Notes: generated by a model not told the origin, from the letters alone. 64,000 nt of DNA from Candidatus Altimarinota bacterium (GCA_041739085.1 JBGSON010000014.1:13410-77409); one strand, 5' to 3'. Numbered from the stretch's first letter, positions 52,473 through 63,167 are shown. Translations and numbers: made by a program.

Positions 52473-54617
52473 TTACGCTTCTTCCTGCTGCCTTTTTAAG
52501 ATCTCCTCCGGATTCGTCGTGATGATCTTGTCTTCCGTGTAGCTGGCGATGATCTGGATCGCGACATGCTTGAGGCCGGCAAAGAATATCCCCTGCCCGA
52601 CTCCTGAATTGAGGAGGAGGTACTTTTCCCCTTCCGTGAGATTGAAGATCTTCACAAGTGCTTCCGCAGCCGTGGGAGATTGCTTCAGGAGGAGCTGCAT
52701 CGAGGAGTTCGTGATGATCGGTTTTCCGAAATCGCTCCCGAGGAAGTCCTCCACGTCCTGCGTGATCGTCGAAACGCCGAGGTAATACTTCCTCGCTCTT
52801 TTCACGAGTCCGTAGAGGAATCTCGCGGAATCCTCATACTGCATCATGATCCACGCCTCATCGACGACAAGGATCCTCCTCCTGAGAGAAGACCTCACTC
52901 TGTTCCAGATGAAATTCAGGATAACATAAATCGCTATCGGCCGGAGTGCCTCTTCGAGATCCCGGATCTGAAAGACGACGAGCCCTCCGCTGAGATCGAT
53001 GTTTGTCGATTGGTTGAACAATCCGGAAAATGTCCCTGAAGTATACTTCTGAAGCCTTTCCCTGAGATTATCCGCGCCTTTGATGGAACTGAGCACATCG
53101 TAGAGATCCTGCATGGTCGGAGGATCTATTTTTCCGGGGTTTTCCGTTTCCATGGTGATCCCCTTCAGGGCATACGTGTCAAGCATCGCACGGTCCATAA
53201 CTCCCTCCTCTGTCGGATCAAGCTTTCCGAGCATCAGGTTGAAAAGCCCGTGAAGCGCGATGATATTCGCCCTCAGGAGATCTCCGGGTTTCGAGTCTGC
53301 TCCTTCGAACGGGACAGGAAGATCAAAGGGATTGATCCTTCGGTCGGAATTGAGGGAAACCTTCATGAGTTTTCCTCCGACTGTCGTACAGAGTTCCTCA
53401 TATTCATTCTCAGGATCAATGACGAGGACGTCAGTGCCGAGCATCATGGACCTCAGGATCTCCAGTTTTACCGCATATGATTTTCCTGCACCTGATTTTG
53501 CGAAGATCACGGAGTTTGCGTTCTCGAGAGTGAAGCGGTCAAAAATGATGAGAGAGTCGTTATGCCGGTTGAGTCCATAGAGGATCCCTTCATTCGATGT
53601 CAATTCTGAACTCGAAAAGGGAAAGCTTGTGGAAAGAGGTGATGTGTTCATATTCCTCATGATCTCGACCTCATCAATGCATAATGGCTGACATGAATTA
53701 AATGTGTGCTCCTGCTGGAGATTCGCTGTCTTGGTGAGGATAAGTTTCCCTCCGAGAATGGATTCGAGATGCGTCTGTACCTTTTTTAATTTATCAAGGC
53801 TGTCCGAATAAATCGTAAAATAGAGTCCGAAGTGAAAGAATTTCTCCTGCCCTCTCTGGAGCTTGTCCCGCAACTCTTCCGCATCCTGAAGTGACGCTTC
53901 GATAGCAGGATCTCGTACCATCCCCCGGTCGCGGTTGAGATGCATGGTGGACTGCATCTGCGCGACTTTATTGCGAAGAGTCTTCATGATCGCCGCGGAT
54001 TCACTCGGATAGATGAACATCGAGACGTCAAGCGTCGCATCGAGATTGATGACAGGGGAAAGCCAGTTCGCATCGATGAACCGGGGATACCCATAGACGA
54101 AGAAGGATCTCGCAAAGGTATTCGCGATCTTCAGATGGTCGAAATTCACTTCCATTGAAGCCGGAGCAATGAGGTCTTTGATCGTGGCAAGTCCGTCCCG
54201 GTACATCTTTTCCGCCTCCTTGATCTTTTTTTCTTCGTCCTTGGTGAGTCCGACATTATGCTTCGTTCCCGCGACTTCAATCGTTTTCGCTTCTGCTGAT
54301 GCCGCCCTGCTTTCCGCTTTCATTGCCTTCTTTGCTTTTCCTCCCCCGAAAAGCTTTGCAAAAAAACCTTTCTTTTCTTCCTTCTCCAGGATCGGAGATT
54401 CATCTTCCGGAAGCTGATCGTCGGCCCCCCCAGGAGACATCCCATTCGGATTCTGCTGGGCTGGAATACCAGAGGTGGAGCTTGCCGCTACAGATGAAGG
54501 AGGCGGAGTCTGCTTCATGAGCAGTGCAGAGCGGAACGCCCCGGCAGCACGGCCTTCCGGCTGATTATTCTGAAGAGGGACTCCTCCGACCGGATTTTGA
54601 TTTTGTATGTCTGACAT
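52473..54617 (-). CDS. VirB4/TrbE-like T4SS ATPase
   Basis: Walker A FAKSGAGKSYAVK, VLVIDPENEY, Walker B RILVVDEAWIMM. Low-complexity N-terminal segment of about 110 aa. Confidence 0.8.
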   Translation of the reverse strand: MSDIQNQNPVGGVPLQNNQPEGRAAGAFRSALLMKQTPPPSSVAASSTSGIPAQQNPNGMSPGGADDQLPEDESPILEKEEKKGFFAKLFGGGKAKKAMKAESRAASAEAKTIEVAGTKHNVGLTKDEEKKIKEAEKMYRDGLATIKDLIAPASMEVNFDHLKIANTFARSFFVYGYPRFIDANWLSPVINLDATLDVSMFIYPSESAAIMKTLRNKVAQMQSTMHLNRDRGMVRDPAIEASLQDAEELRDKLQRGQEKFFHFGLYFTIYSDSLDKLKKVQTHLESILGGKLILTKTANLQQEHTFNSCQPLCIDEVEIMRNMNTSPLSTSFPFSSSELTSNEGILYGLNRHNDSLIIFDRFTLENANSVIFAKSGAGKSYAVKLEILRSMMLGTDVLVIDPENEYEELCTTVGGKLMKVSLNSDRRINPFDLPVPFEGADSKPGDLLRANIIALHGLFNLMLGKLDPTEEGVMDRAMLDTYALKGITMETENPGKIDPPTMQDLYDVLSSIKGADNLRERLQKYTSGTFSGLFNQSTNIDLSGGLVVFQIRDLEEALRPIAIYVILNFIWNRVRSSLRRRILVVDEAWIMMQYEDSARFLYGLVKRARKYYLGVSTITQDVEDFLGSDFGKPIITNSSMQLLLKQSPTAAEALVKIFNLTEGEKYLLLNSGVGQGIFFAGLKHVAIQIIASYTEDKIITTNPEEILKRQQEEA

Positions 54618-54675
54618 TGATAAATGTATCTGAGTTCATGTCGTCGTTTCATTGTCTCATAAATGACCGGAAAAA

Positions 54676-55380
54676 TCAATCGAATGTGGGAAGGGGGAAC
54701 GAATCAATCGAGAGCTTCCCCCTTGGCTTTCGATTCGGCGAATGGAGGAAGAATTGATGGCTCCAAAGTTCCTTTCTTATATTCCTGTAATCCGGAACGA
54801 ACGAAGAGACGAGCTCCCAGAATCTCTTCGAATGATTGAGCTCTTTCAGATGGCAAAGCTCATGGATCATGACATACCTCCGCAGAGGATAGGACAGTCT
54901 CATGAGGTTTATGTTCAGTGATATCGATCCCTTTCTGCTGCAGCTCCCCCAGCGGGTCCTTTGATTCCGAAAAGACATCCGCGAAAATCGGAGTTCTGTT
55001 TCATCGCTCAGTTCTTGAAGTTCAGAAGGGAGGACCCTCCGCGCCTCATGGTCGACAAATATGGAGAAACATTCCTCTCCCGCTTTTCTCGAATCCGCAC
55101 CTATACGGACTATTCCTGGACCAAAAGTGACAGCTCCTCCTTTCATGGTAGGATCCAATTGGAGTGCATGCTCCTTCCCGTCAAAGGAGAACGGGAAGTC
55201 ATTCATTTTCTGTGCAAGAAGAATCTTCTTTTGTATCCAGCGATATTTTTCCTTCACCAATTGGAGCGCTTTCTTTTGGGAACAAAAAACCGGCTTCACC
55301 ACGCGAATCATTCCCTGCGGAAGGACTTCTATTCTGAGTCTCCGGACGAGCTTTGAGATAATTTGAATCTTGAGTTCCAT
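54676..55380 (-). CDS. DUF45/YgjP-like (M48-type) zinc metallopeptidase
   Basis: YVMIHELCHLKELNHSKRFWELV (HExxH..H). Confidence 0.75.
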   Translation of the reverse strand: MELKIQIISKLVRRLRIEVLPQGMIRVVKPVFCSQKKALQLVKEKYRWIQKKILLAQKMNDFPFSFDGKEHALQLDPTMKGGAVTFGPGIVRIGADSRKAGEECFSIFVDHEARRVLPSELQELSDETELRFSRMSFRNQRTRWGSCSRKGSISLNINLMRLSYPLRRYVMIHELCHLKELNHSKRFWELVSSFVPDYRNIRKELWSHQFFLHSPNRKPRGKLSIDSFPLPTFD

Positions 55381-55542
55381 GGTGATGAAATCTGGAATAA
55401 GAGAATATCACAAGAGATAAGAAAAAACACAAAACAACAATGAGAGTGTGTTTTACTTTCTGCTTTTCATGTCTCCTGGTCCCTATTTTCATGACAGGAC
55501 CGATTGGAATGGATTATAGTACCGTTGTTATTTTCCTTTCCT

Positions 55543-56019
55543 ATGTCGATCTTCTTTCGTTCTGACCATCCTCAGGCGGACAAACCCTTTTCCGTTGCGA
55601 TCGTGCGGGCGGAATACAATGATGATTATGTAGCGAAACTGCTGGAATATGCCATAAAAGGTCTTTCCCAATGCGGTATTGACAAAAAGGCGATCGAGAT
55701 CGTTTCAGTCCCAGGCTGTCTCGAGATCCCCTTTGCCGCAAAGAAGCTCATGGACACCGCCGATTTTGACGGGATCATCGCACTCGGAGTCGTGCTCCGC
55801 GGAGAGACGCATCATTTTGAAATCGTCGCGCAGGAATCAGCGCGCGGCATCATGGATCTCAATAGCAAAGGTGAAATCCCCGTGATCTGCGGAATCCTCG
55901 CTGTCAACACCGAAGCACAAGCGGATGAACGTCTGACAAAAGGAACTGAATTCGCCCACGCGCTCGTGAGTATGATGAATCTTTCTTCTTCCCTTGCTCG
56001 GGAGCAGGAGGAAGGATAA
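55543..56019 (+). CDS. ribH: 6,7-dimethyl-8-ribityllumazine synthase
   Basis: VAIVRAEYNDDY, VSVPGCLEIPFAAKKL, IIALGVVLRGETHHFEIVA, PVICGILAV. The track start at 55504 is a TTG; the ATG is at 55543. Confidence 0.85.
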   Translation: MSIFFRSDHPQADKPFSVAIVRAEYNDDYVAKLLEYAIKGLSQCGIDKKAIEIVSVPGCLEIPFAAKKLMDTADFDGIIALGVVLRGETHHFEIVAQESARGIMDLNSKGEIPVICGILAVNTEAQADERLTKGTEFAHALVSMMNLSSSLAREQEEG

Positions 56020-56024
56020 GTGGC

Positions 56025-56702
56025 TTATTCGTTTTCAAAGTCCTCGTCGACCTCTCCCCCGAGGATCCCCTGTTCGTGGACCTGATTTTCGAGCATCGAA
56101 GTGAGTGACGGGAAGAATTCATGGAAAAAATTCCTCATATTCTCGATTGGAGGAATTTCCAACTGTCTGATCTCAAAGAACTGCTGCAAAACGGCAGCCG
56201 AAAGCTCGATGATGTTCTCGTCGATGTTCCAGTTGTGATCAAGGATCGTTTCGAGGGTTTTATGCGGTTCCGCAATCGCCACAGCGACGATATTTTCTGT
56301 CCATCGGTTGATCTCCGCCTTCACCCTATCCGGAAAAAGCTCTTCGGACTGGGGAATCATTTCTGTTTTTTGAATGACGAGCTGTTTTTCCCCGATCGCC
56401 TTTGCCGACTCCTTGTGGATGAGGGAAAGGATTGCGAGGAGGATGTCTGACGGGACATTCTTTGCGACGATCCTCGAAATGAGCACGAAGAATCGTGTAA
56501 AACGCGGATCGTTGAGAAACTGAACGATGATATGAGCGAGCGTGAAATCCTGTTTCCGCTTCTTGTCTTCCTGTTGGAAGATCTTTTTTATCGCCGCCTG
56601 GCTCTTCCTGTACTGATCACGAAAGCGCTCCTGATCTTCCTTGGTCGCTTCCTGGGTCGCCCCGCCAGTATTGAGCTCATCGAAAGAATCTAAATCCGGC
56701 AT
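56025..56702 (-). CDS. hypothetical protein
   Basis: 225-aa ORF with an ATG start, convergent with ribH. No recognisable motifs. Confidence 0.5.
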   Translation of the reverse strand: MPDLDSFDELNTGGATQEATKEDQERFRDQYRKSQAAIKKIFQQEDKKRKQDFTLAHIIVQFLNDPRFTRFFVLISRIVAKNVPSDILLAILSLIHKESAKAIGEKQLVIQKTEMIPQSEELFPDRVKAEINRWTENIVAVAIAEPHKTLETILDHNWNIDENIIELSAAVLQQFFEIRQLEIPPIENMRNFFHEFFPSLTSMLENQVHEQGILGGEVDEDFENE

Positions 56703-56772
56703 GAAAACAAAATATGAAGCGATCCCATTCTATCCGAAAGAGAAATGAAAAAGAAATATTTTTTTCTTCTCA

Positions 56773-57582
56773 ATGATGGACAAAATCCAAATTCCCGAAG
56801 AAAATGAAGATGATTTCGTTACATTGCGTACTATGGAAAAAATTGCAGATTCACTCATCACCGGGCTTCGGGATTTCTTTGCCAGAGAACACCTCGGAAA
56901 AGCGGTCATAGGAATCTCCGGAGGAGTAGATTCCGCGGTCACTGCCCAGATAGCCGTGAAGGCGATCGGGAAAGGGAACGTTTCGGGGCTCATCATGCCG
57001 TATTCAAAATTCTCGAGTCCGGAAAATCTTAATGATGCAAAGGAAGTCGCCGTGTTTCTCGGTCTCCATCACCGCGTTTTTTTTATTGATTCATTTGCCG
57101 AAGAATTTTTCAAGCTTCAATGGATCAAGACCTCTCCTGAAACCAGTGCGATGGCGAAAGGAAATATTCTCGCCCGGGTACGGATGGTCATCCTCTACAG
57201 CTGGGCAAATATGCTGAACGCCGCAGTCCTCGGGACGTGCAATAAAACGGAGACGCTTCTCGGATATGAGACAAAATTCGGCGATGGCGCATCCGATGTT
57301 TCCGTCATCGGAGATCTTTGGAAATCAGAGGTTTGGGATCTCGCGCGGTATTTCAAATTTCCAGAAAAGTTCATTACAAAGAAACCGTCCGCGGAACTTT
57401 ATGAGGGTCAGACTGATGAAGGAGAACTTGGATTCACCTATGCACAAGCGGATGACATTCTCCAGAAATGGGAAAAAGGGGAACCGCTTCCGAACAATGA
57501 TACTGTCTCCGCCTCAATTCTCGATAAGATCAAAAAAAGCGAACATAAGAGGAAGATGCCCTTTATCATTCCGAAAGGATGA
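56773..57582 (+). CDS. nadE: NH3-dependent NAD+ synthetase
   Basis: VIGISGGVDSAV PP-loop, GTCNKTETLLGYETKFGDGA. Confidence 0.85.
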   Translation: MMDKIQIPEENEDDFVTLRTMEKIADSLITGLRDFFAREHLGKAVIGISGGVDSAVTAQIAVKAIGKGNVSGLIMPYSKFSSPENLNDAKEVAVFLGLHHRVFFIDSFAEEFFKLQWIKTSPETSAMAKGNILARVRMVILYSWANMLNAAVLGTCNKTETLLGYETKFGDGASDVSVIGDLWKSEVWDLARYFKFPEKFITKKPSAELYEGQTDEGELGFTYAQADDILQKWEKGEPLPNNDTVSASILDKIKKSEHKRKMPFIIPKG

Positions 57583-57595
57583 TCCCCGTGTCCCT

Positions 57596-58969
57596 CTAGT
57601 GTTTTTTCTTCTTCCTCAGCCTGTGCACGAATTTCCTTATCCACTCGAGGGCCTTCTTCAGGATGTTTCTTTTTTCCGGTTCGGCAAGGACTATTCCGGA
57701 GAGTCCCCAGAAAGTGTAGGCGACTTCCGAACTCTCCCATGAGTGGAGCTTGATCGCCATGATGGAGATCCCGATGAGACCGACAAAAAGAGCCTGACCT
57801 CTCCAGTCCTTTGATTTCAGGAGCTCCCTCCCGAGAAAAAAGAGGATCATGAGGAAGAGGATGAGTCCGGGGAATCCGGTGTCGATCCCCACCTGGAGAT
57901 ACCAGCTCTCCGGGATGAAGCCGACGTTGTTCTCATAGAATCGCGCGGAAGCGGGCCCGGAATCGCCGAGTCCCGTCCCCCACGGATGCATCATGATGTG
58001 TTCTATTCCGTCTCTGCTCCGCTCAAAATGACCCTGGGTCGAAGACCCGCGGATGATGACGTCATGAATGAACTCCGGCGCAAAGACAAACACAGAAATA
58101 CCGGCAAGGAGTCCAAGGATGAGGGAACTCACGAGGAATCGGGAGAACCATCGTTTCTCCCGGAAGAGGATGATGAACCCGACCGCGAATGAGATGAGCG
58201 CGCCTCCCCAGGACGATCGGGAATAAGCGAAAAAAAGACAGAAGAGGCCGATGACAAACATCGTTGCGCCAAATGCCCGGAACGACGCGTTTCTTTGAAT
58301 GTTTTTTCGCCTCCCGTAGGAGTGTGCGGCGAGGAAGAAATAGAGAGGGAGGATGAGGAGCAGGAATGCTGAAAACTGGTTTGGTCCGCTCATGAGCGAT
58401 TGCAGCCGGCAGGTGTCGGTAAATGAGATTTTTTGACAATATGAAATAGGCCCGTGAGGGTCGAAGGTACTGAAGTCCGGGGAATACCCGAATTGAACAA
58501 GAAAATCCTGGGGAAGAAATTTCTGGAGGACTCCGAAAAAGAGGACGACCGCCGCGCTCCCGAAAATAACGCTGAAAAGACCGTCTTTCTCCTTTTCGGT
58601 AAAATGAAAGTGGCGAAAGATGAGGAAGACGAAGAGGAAAGAAAGGGAGTATTTCGCCCCCCAGATGATCCTTTCGAAGTCAGTCCCCCACCGATAAACA
58701 CCGCTCGCAAGAGCCCACAGGATATAGAGGAGGATGACCGCGTCGAGGGTGTTGAGCTTCGGCAGACTTATTTTTCTACGAACGAGAAGAATTCCAAATA
58801 TGACAGTAATGGCGAGGAGGATGATCTCTTTCCACGCTGAAAGGAGGAACGGCGGTCCTGAACGGGGGTCAAAAAAGAGCGCGTTCATGCTCGTGACGAG
58901 GAATGTGTGATAGGGAAGGAAGGTGAAGAGGATCGCGATGAGGACGAGGAAGGCAGTGCGGAGCTTCAT
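57596..58969 (-). CDS. O-antigen ligase-like (Wzy_C) polytopic membrane protein
   Basis: About 10-12 hydrophobic segments. FFAYSRSSWGGALISFAVGFIIL resembles the Wzy_C core. Confidence 0.65.
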   Translation of the reverse strand: MKLRTAFLVLIAILFTFLPYHTFLVTSMNALFFDPRSGPPFLLSAWKEIILLAITVIFGILLVRRKISLPKLNTLDAVILLYILWALASGVYRWGTDFERIIWGAKYSLSFLFVFLIFRHFHFTEKEKDGLFSVIFGSAAVVLFFGVLQKFLPQDFLVQFGYSPDFSTFDPHGPISYCQKISFTDTCRLQSLMSGPNQFSAFLLLILPLYFFLAAHSYGRRKNIQRNASFRAFGATMFVIGLFCLFFAYSRSSWGGALISFAVGFIILFREKRWFSRFLVSSLILGLLAGISVFVFAPEFIHDVIIRGSSTQGHFERSRDGIEHIMMHPWGTGLGDSGPASARFYENNVGFIPESWYLQVGIDTGFPGLILFLMILFFLGRELLKSKDWRGQALFVGLIGISIMAIKLHSWESSEVAYTFWGLSGIVLAEPEKRNILKKALEWIRKFVHRLRKKKKH

Positions 58970-59016
58970 GAGAGAAAAACCGAAAGAATAAATTTGAGAA
59001 GAGAGGAAATGATGAG

Positions 59017-61653
59017 CTACTTCATGAGTTCATGAGTGATCTTCTCGATCATGGGGATCTTTTTAAGGTCCACCCCTGCTCCCTGGACAAAATGAGGAGA
59101 GCCACCGCCTGTCCCTCCGGCGGATTCAGTGATTTTTTTGAGGACATCCTGGGCAGAAATCCCGTTTTCGGGAGTGGCGACAGCGATACCTCCGTCATGG
59201 TCGATGACAACCGCAAGATGCACTCCCCTTCGTATGAGCTCTCTCGCGATAACACCGATCTTTTGCCGGTCGCATCCAGGGATGATCTCAACAAAAAGTT
59301 TTTTCTTCCCCTTCGAAAGCTTCACCCTGTTTTCGTATTCATCGACTTCCCTCCGGGTGAGTTCATCCCTCAGCATCTTCATCTCCTTCTCTGTCTTCTT
59401 CTTTTCCTCGAACTCAGATGCGATCCTTTCACCGATAGAATCCTCCGGAGTTCTCAGCATTCCAGCATAGGCCTCGATTCGGTCGCATTTTTCCCAAAAA
59501 AGTTTTTGGGCCGTCTTCGATGCGACGAGCTCCATCCTCCTGATCCCGCTCGCAATACTCGATTCCTTGACGATCTTTATGGCACCGATCTCTCCCGTGT
59601 TCCGGACATGGGTCCCGCCGCAGAGTTCGAAACTGCATCCCCCGAATGCGACGGTCCGAACGATGTTCTCGTATTTCTCAGAGAAGAGAGCGACTGCGCC
59701 TTTCTTTTTAGCTTCCTCCAGTTCCATCTCCTCTGTGATCTTCTCATATCCCCGGGCGATCCATTCCGCGATGAGCTCTTCGACTTCTCTCATTTCCTTG
59801 TTTGTCACCGCCTTCGGATGTGAAAAGTCAAAACGGGTTCGGGATTCCGTGACCAGAGATCCCTGCTGTTCCACATGATGACCAAGGATCTTCCGGAGGG
59901 CGGAATGGAGGAGGTGGGCGAGGGAATGATGTCTCCTCGTCTCTTCTCGCTTTTCCACATCGATTTCGGAGTAGACCTCGTCCCCCATCTTCACTTCCCC
60001 CTGAATCACTTCACCGGTATGGAGAAAGACCTTGTTCGGAAGCTTTTGAACATCCCAGACTTTCACGATCCCTCCGGATTTTGTCTCTACTTTCCCCGTG
60101 TCGGCTATCTGTCCTCCTGATTCCGCATAAAACGGAGTCATATCGAGAGCAAACTCGATCATGAACGGAGAGCCCGGCTTCACACCGGGAGACGCCTGAC
60201 AGAAGAGGATATTTCCCCTCGATGAATTCGCATCATATCCGACGAATTTTGTCGGCTGGAGATGATCAAATCCGCTCCGGTCGATGTTTTCACGGTCAAA
60301 ATACGTCCCCCGTTTATGCTTTGAGCGCTCTTTCTGGATTTTCATCTCTTCCTCAAAGCCATTTTCGTCCACCTCGACGCCATTTTCATTCGCTATGTCC
60401 CTCGTGATATCAAGCGGGAAACCATAGGTGTCGAAAAGCACAAAAACGTCTTTCCCGGATATCCTCTTTTCCTTCTTCTCCAGGATTTCATAGAGGATCT
60501 TCTCCCCCCGCTCGAGCGTCTCAAAAAACTTTTCCTCTTCGATCTGGAGGGTAGAGAAAATGACCGCCTTCCTCTGCTCAATTTCCGGATAAAACTCCCG
60601 GAACTCAGCAATATATTCTTGCACGATGTCCGAAAGAAACGGTTTCATGATCCCGAGCTTTCTCCCGTACCGGACGGCTCTCCGGATAAGCCTGCGGAGG
60701 ACGTATCCCCTTCCCTCGTTCGAAGGCATCCCTCCGTCCGCGATGATATGGGATGAGGAACGGGCGTGGTCTGCGATGACGCGCATGGAACGGGTGATGG
60801 GATTATTTTCATCGTCATTTCCGGAATACGGCGGATACTTCTCGTTTGAGATCTTTTCGATCGCTTTGATGACCGCATCATAAGAATCCGTCTCAAATAC
60901 CGTCTTCTTCCTGTTCATGACCATGACCATGCGCTCAAGGCCCATTCCGGTATCCACATTCTTCTGTTCGAGCTTCGTCAGCTTTCCTTCTTCATCCTGA
61001 TGAAATTCCATAAACACGTCATTCCACACTTCGATGAACCGGTGTTCATCGGTGTCCGGATTCTGTCCTTTTTTCAATGGTTCATCGGATATGTCGATGA
61101 ACATTTCCGTACACGGACCGCAGGGACCGCTTTTTCCTGCAGGACCCCAGAAATTATCACCTCGCGGTTTTCTCGGATCACCTTTCGGCTTGATGGGAAC
61201 GATCCTATCCTTCAGGATGCCGGCGGATTGCCATATCCTCGCACTCTCTTCATCGAGAGGGATGTCCTTGTCTCCTCCAAAAACGGTGATCCAGATCTTT
61301 TCCTGAGGGATCTTCATGACTTCCGTGAGGAACTCATAACTCCATGTGATCGCTTCTTTCTTAAAATAACTCCCGAGAGACCAGTTCCCGAGCATCTCAA
61401 AAAAAGTGAGATGGCGGTTGTCCCCGACCTCATCGATATCAACCGTCCGTACACACCGCTGGACATCGCAGAGCTTCTTGCCGAGTGGATGCCTTTTCCC
61501 CATGAGATACGGGACAAGCTGCTGCATTCCCGCCGTTGTAAAAAGGACGGTCTGGTCTTTCTCAGGGATAAGCGATGCCTGGGAGATCTCTGCGTGATCC
61601 TTGGACAAAAAGAATTCGACGAACCTGCGCCTGATGTCCTTTGAAGTAAACAT
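59017..61653 (-). CDS. alaS: alanine--tRNA ligase
   Basis: IRRRFVEFFLSKDH, VLFTTAGMQQ, FFEMLGNWS, HHSLAHLLHSAL, CGGTHV. Confidence 0.95.
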   Translation of the reverse strand: MFTSKDIRRRFVEFFLSKDHAEISQASLIPEKDQTVLFTTAGMQQLVPYLMGKRHPLGKKLCDVQRCVRTVDIDEVGDNRHLTFFEMLGNWSLGSYFKKEAITWSYEFLTEVMKIPQEKIWITVFGGDKDIPLDEESARIWQSAGILKDRIVPIKPKGDPRKPRGDNFWGPAGKSGPCGPCTEMFIDISDEPLKKGQNPDTDEHRFIEVWNDVFMEFHQDEEGKLTKLEQKNVDTGMGLERMVMVMNRKKTVFETDSYDAVIKAIEKISNEKYPPYSGNDDENNPITRSMRVIADHARSSSHIIADGGMPSNEGRGYVLRRLIRRAVRYGRKLGIMKPFLSDIVQEYIAEFREFYPEIEQRKAVIFSTLQIEEEKFFETLERGEKILYEILEKKEKRISGKDVFVLFDTYGFPLDITRDIANENGVEVDENGFEEEMKIQKERSKHKRGTYFDRENIDRSGFDHLQPTKFVGYDANSSRGNILFCQASPGVKPGSPFMIEFALDMTPFYAESGGQIADTGKVETKSGGIVKVWDVQKLPNKVFLHTGEVIQGEVKMGDEVYSEIDVEKREETRRHHSLAHLLHSALRKILGHHVEQQGSLVTESRTRFDFSHPKAVTNKEMREVEELIAEWIARGYEKITEEMELEEAKKKGAVALFSEKYENIVRTVAFGGCSFELCGGTHVRNTGEIGAIKIVKESSIASGIRRMELVASKTAQKLFWEKCDRIEAYAGMLRTPEDSIGERIASEFEEKKKTEKEMKMLRDELTRREVDEYENRVKLSKGKKKLFVEIIPGCDRQKIGVIARELIRRGVHLAVVIDHDGGIAVATPENGISAQDVLKKITESAGGTGGGSPHFVQGAGVDLKKIPMIEKITHELMK

Positions 61654-62128
61654 AAAGTGGAAAGGAAAAACCTGAATTCATCATACCCGAAAGAGAGGGA
61701 AATGAAAAAGATGATTCTCTCCCGTCCTCTGCGGAAATGATGCGGTCATTCGTGCTGCCTATTCTTTTCCGTTCCGCATCCTGGTCCGTATGATCTGCAT
61801 GAGGTGGACAAGCCTCCAGGTAACACGTGCTTTGTCTGAGGATCCATTGTATTCATGTGACCCGTTTTTTTGAATCCGCTGTTTCGGACCATCCCAAGGT
61901 TTCATTTCACCATTGTTCTCTCGAGGGGGCTCCGCAAGATTCTCGAACTGAGCATTGATCCGGAATGGCATAATTCATGAAAAAAAGAGAAGGAGTGATC
62001 ATAGGAGACTTCCCTTGCAGAAATCAAGATGATGTGACTCGTCTTACGAAAAGACCGGACGAATGCTTTGAGGAATCAAATCTATTCAATACCATCGAGA
62101 GTGTCAGAAATACTTTCTCTCATCTCCT

Positions 62129-62599
62129 ATGCTGAAACTCCATGAACCGTTCATCCCGTTTTCACTTCAGGGTGACGATGGAAATACACATTCTCTCCAG
62201 GATTTTGCAGGGGAAAAAGCCGTCCTCTATTTTTATCCGAAAGATGATACCCCCGGATGCACTCTCCAGGCGAAAGGATTTGAGGACTATCTTGAGGACT
62301 TCAAAAAGCTCAACGCGAAGATCGCCGGCATTTCGCCGGATGGAAATGAATCCCACTGCCGATTCAAAGACAAGCATCACCTCAATTTTATTCTTCTCTC
62401 AGATCCAGACGGGGATTTTATGAAAACAATCGATGTATGGGGAGAAAAATCACTCTACGGAAAAAAGTACTTCGGAGTGCTGAGAACGACATTCCTTCTT
62501 GATGAACATGGGATCGTCCTGAAAATCTGGGAGAAGGTCCATCCGGAAGATCATGCGGAAGAGGTACTCGCTTTCATAAAAAGTCTTCCATCATCCTGA
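62129..62599 (+). CDS. bcp: thioredoxin-dependent peroxiredoxin Bcp
   Basis: AVLYFYPKDDTPGCTLQAKGF. Confidence 0.85.
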   Translation: MLKLHEPFIPFSLQGDDGNTHSLQDFAGEKAVLYFYPKDDTPGCTLQAKGFEDYLEDFKKLNAKIAGISPDGNESHCRFKDKHHLNFILLSDPDGDFMKTIDVWGEKSLYGKKYFGVLRTTFLLDEHGIVLKIWEKVHPEDHAEEVLAFIKSLPSS

Positions 62600-63167
62600 A
62601 AAATGTCGGGACAGGAAATCCGACGATATTCCAGAAATTACCTTCGATCCGGTCAATATATACGGAGCATTTCCCTTCCACGGCGATAGCTCCGCTCTTC
62701 CCTTCCCATTCATGAAGGTTCACAAGAAACTGAGCATCTTCTTTCGATATTTTTGAAAAATGTACGTGCGATGTTTCATGGGAAACATTTCTTTTTTTCC
62801 CGGCAATTATGGCGATCCCGGATATAATGAGTTCTTTTTTCCCCGATTTATTGAGAAACATTTCCTTCGCGTGATCCTCTCCATCCGGTTTTCCCAAAAT
62901 CACTCCTTCATCACTCACAACCAGGGTATCGACACCGACGACGACAGAGTCCGGGAATCGCGCGGAGACTTCTGCCGCCTTTCCGAGAGCAAAGCGTTCC
63001 GCATTTTTTTCGGGAGAAAGATGAGGGGCGATTATTTCCTGAAATTCGCTGTGGACAACGCGAAATGCAATCCCCATCATTTCAAAGATGCGCCTGCGCT
63101 GGGGACTTTTCGAAGCCAGGATGAGCGGATTTTCCGGAGAAAAGAGTTTTTGGATTTTCTCAATCAT
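62574..63167 (-). CDS. maf: Maf-family nucleoside triphosphate pyrophosphatase
   Basis: LILASKSPQRRRIFEMMGIAF, VVGVDTLV, GKSGAIAVEG. 26-nt convergent overlap with bcp. Confidence 0.85.
   Translation of the reverse strand: MIEKIQKLFSPENPLILASKSPQRRRIFEMMGIAFRVVHSEFQEIIAPHLSPEKNAERFALGKAAEVSARFPDSVVVGVDTLVVSDEGVILGKPDGEDHAKEMFLNKSGKKELIISGIAIIAGKKRNVSHETSHVHFSKISKEDAQFLVNLHEWEGKSGAIAVEGKCSVYIDRIEGNFWNIVGFPVPTFFRMMEDFL

Noticed and set aside
61759-61971. 70-aa basic ORF between alaS and bcp.
   Set aside because: It is short, with no motif and no obvious ribosome-binding site. It could be a real small protein, but I cannot support it.
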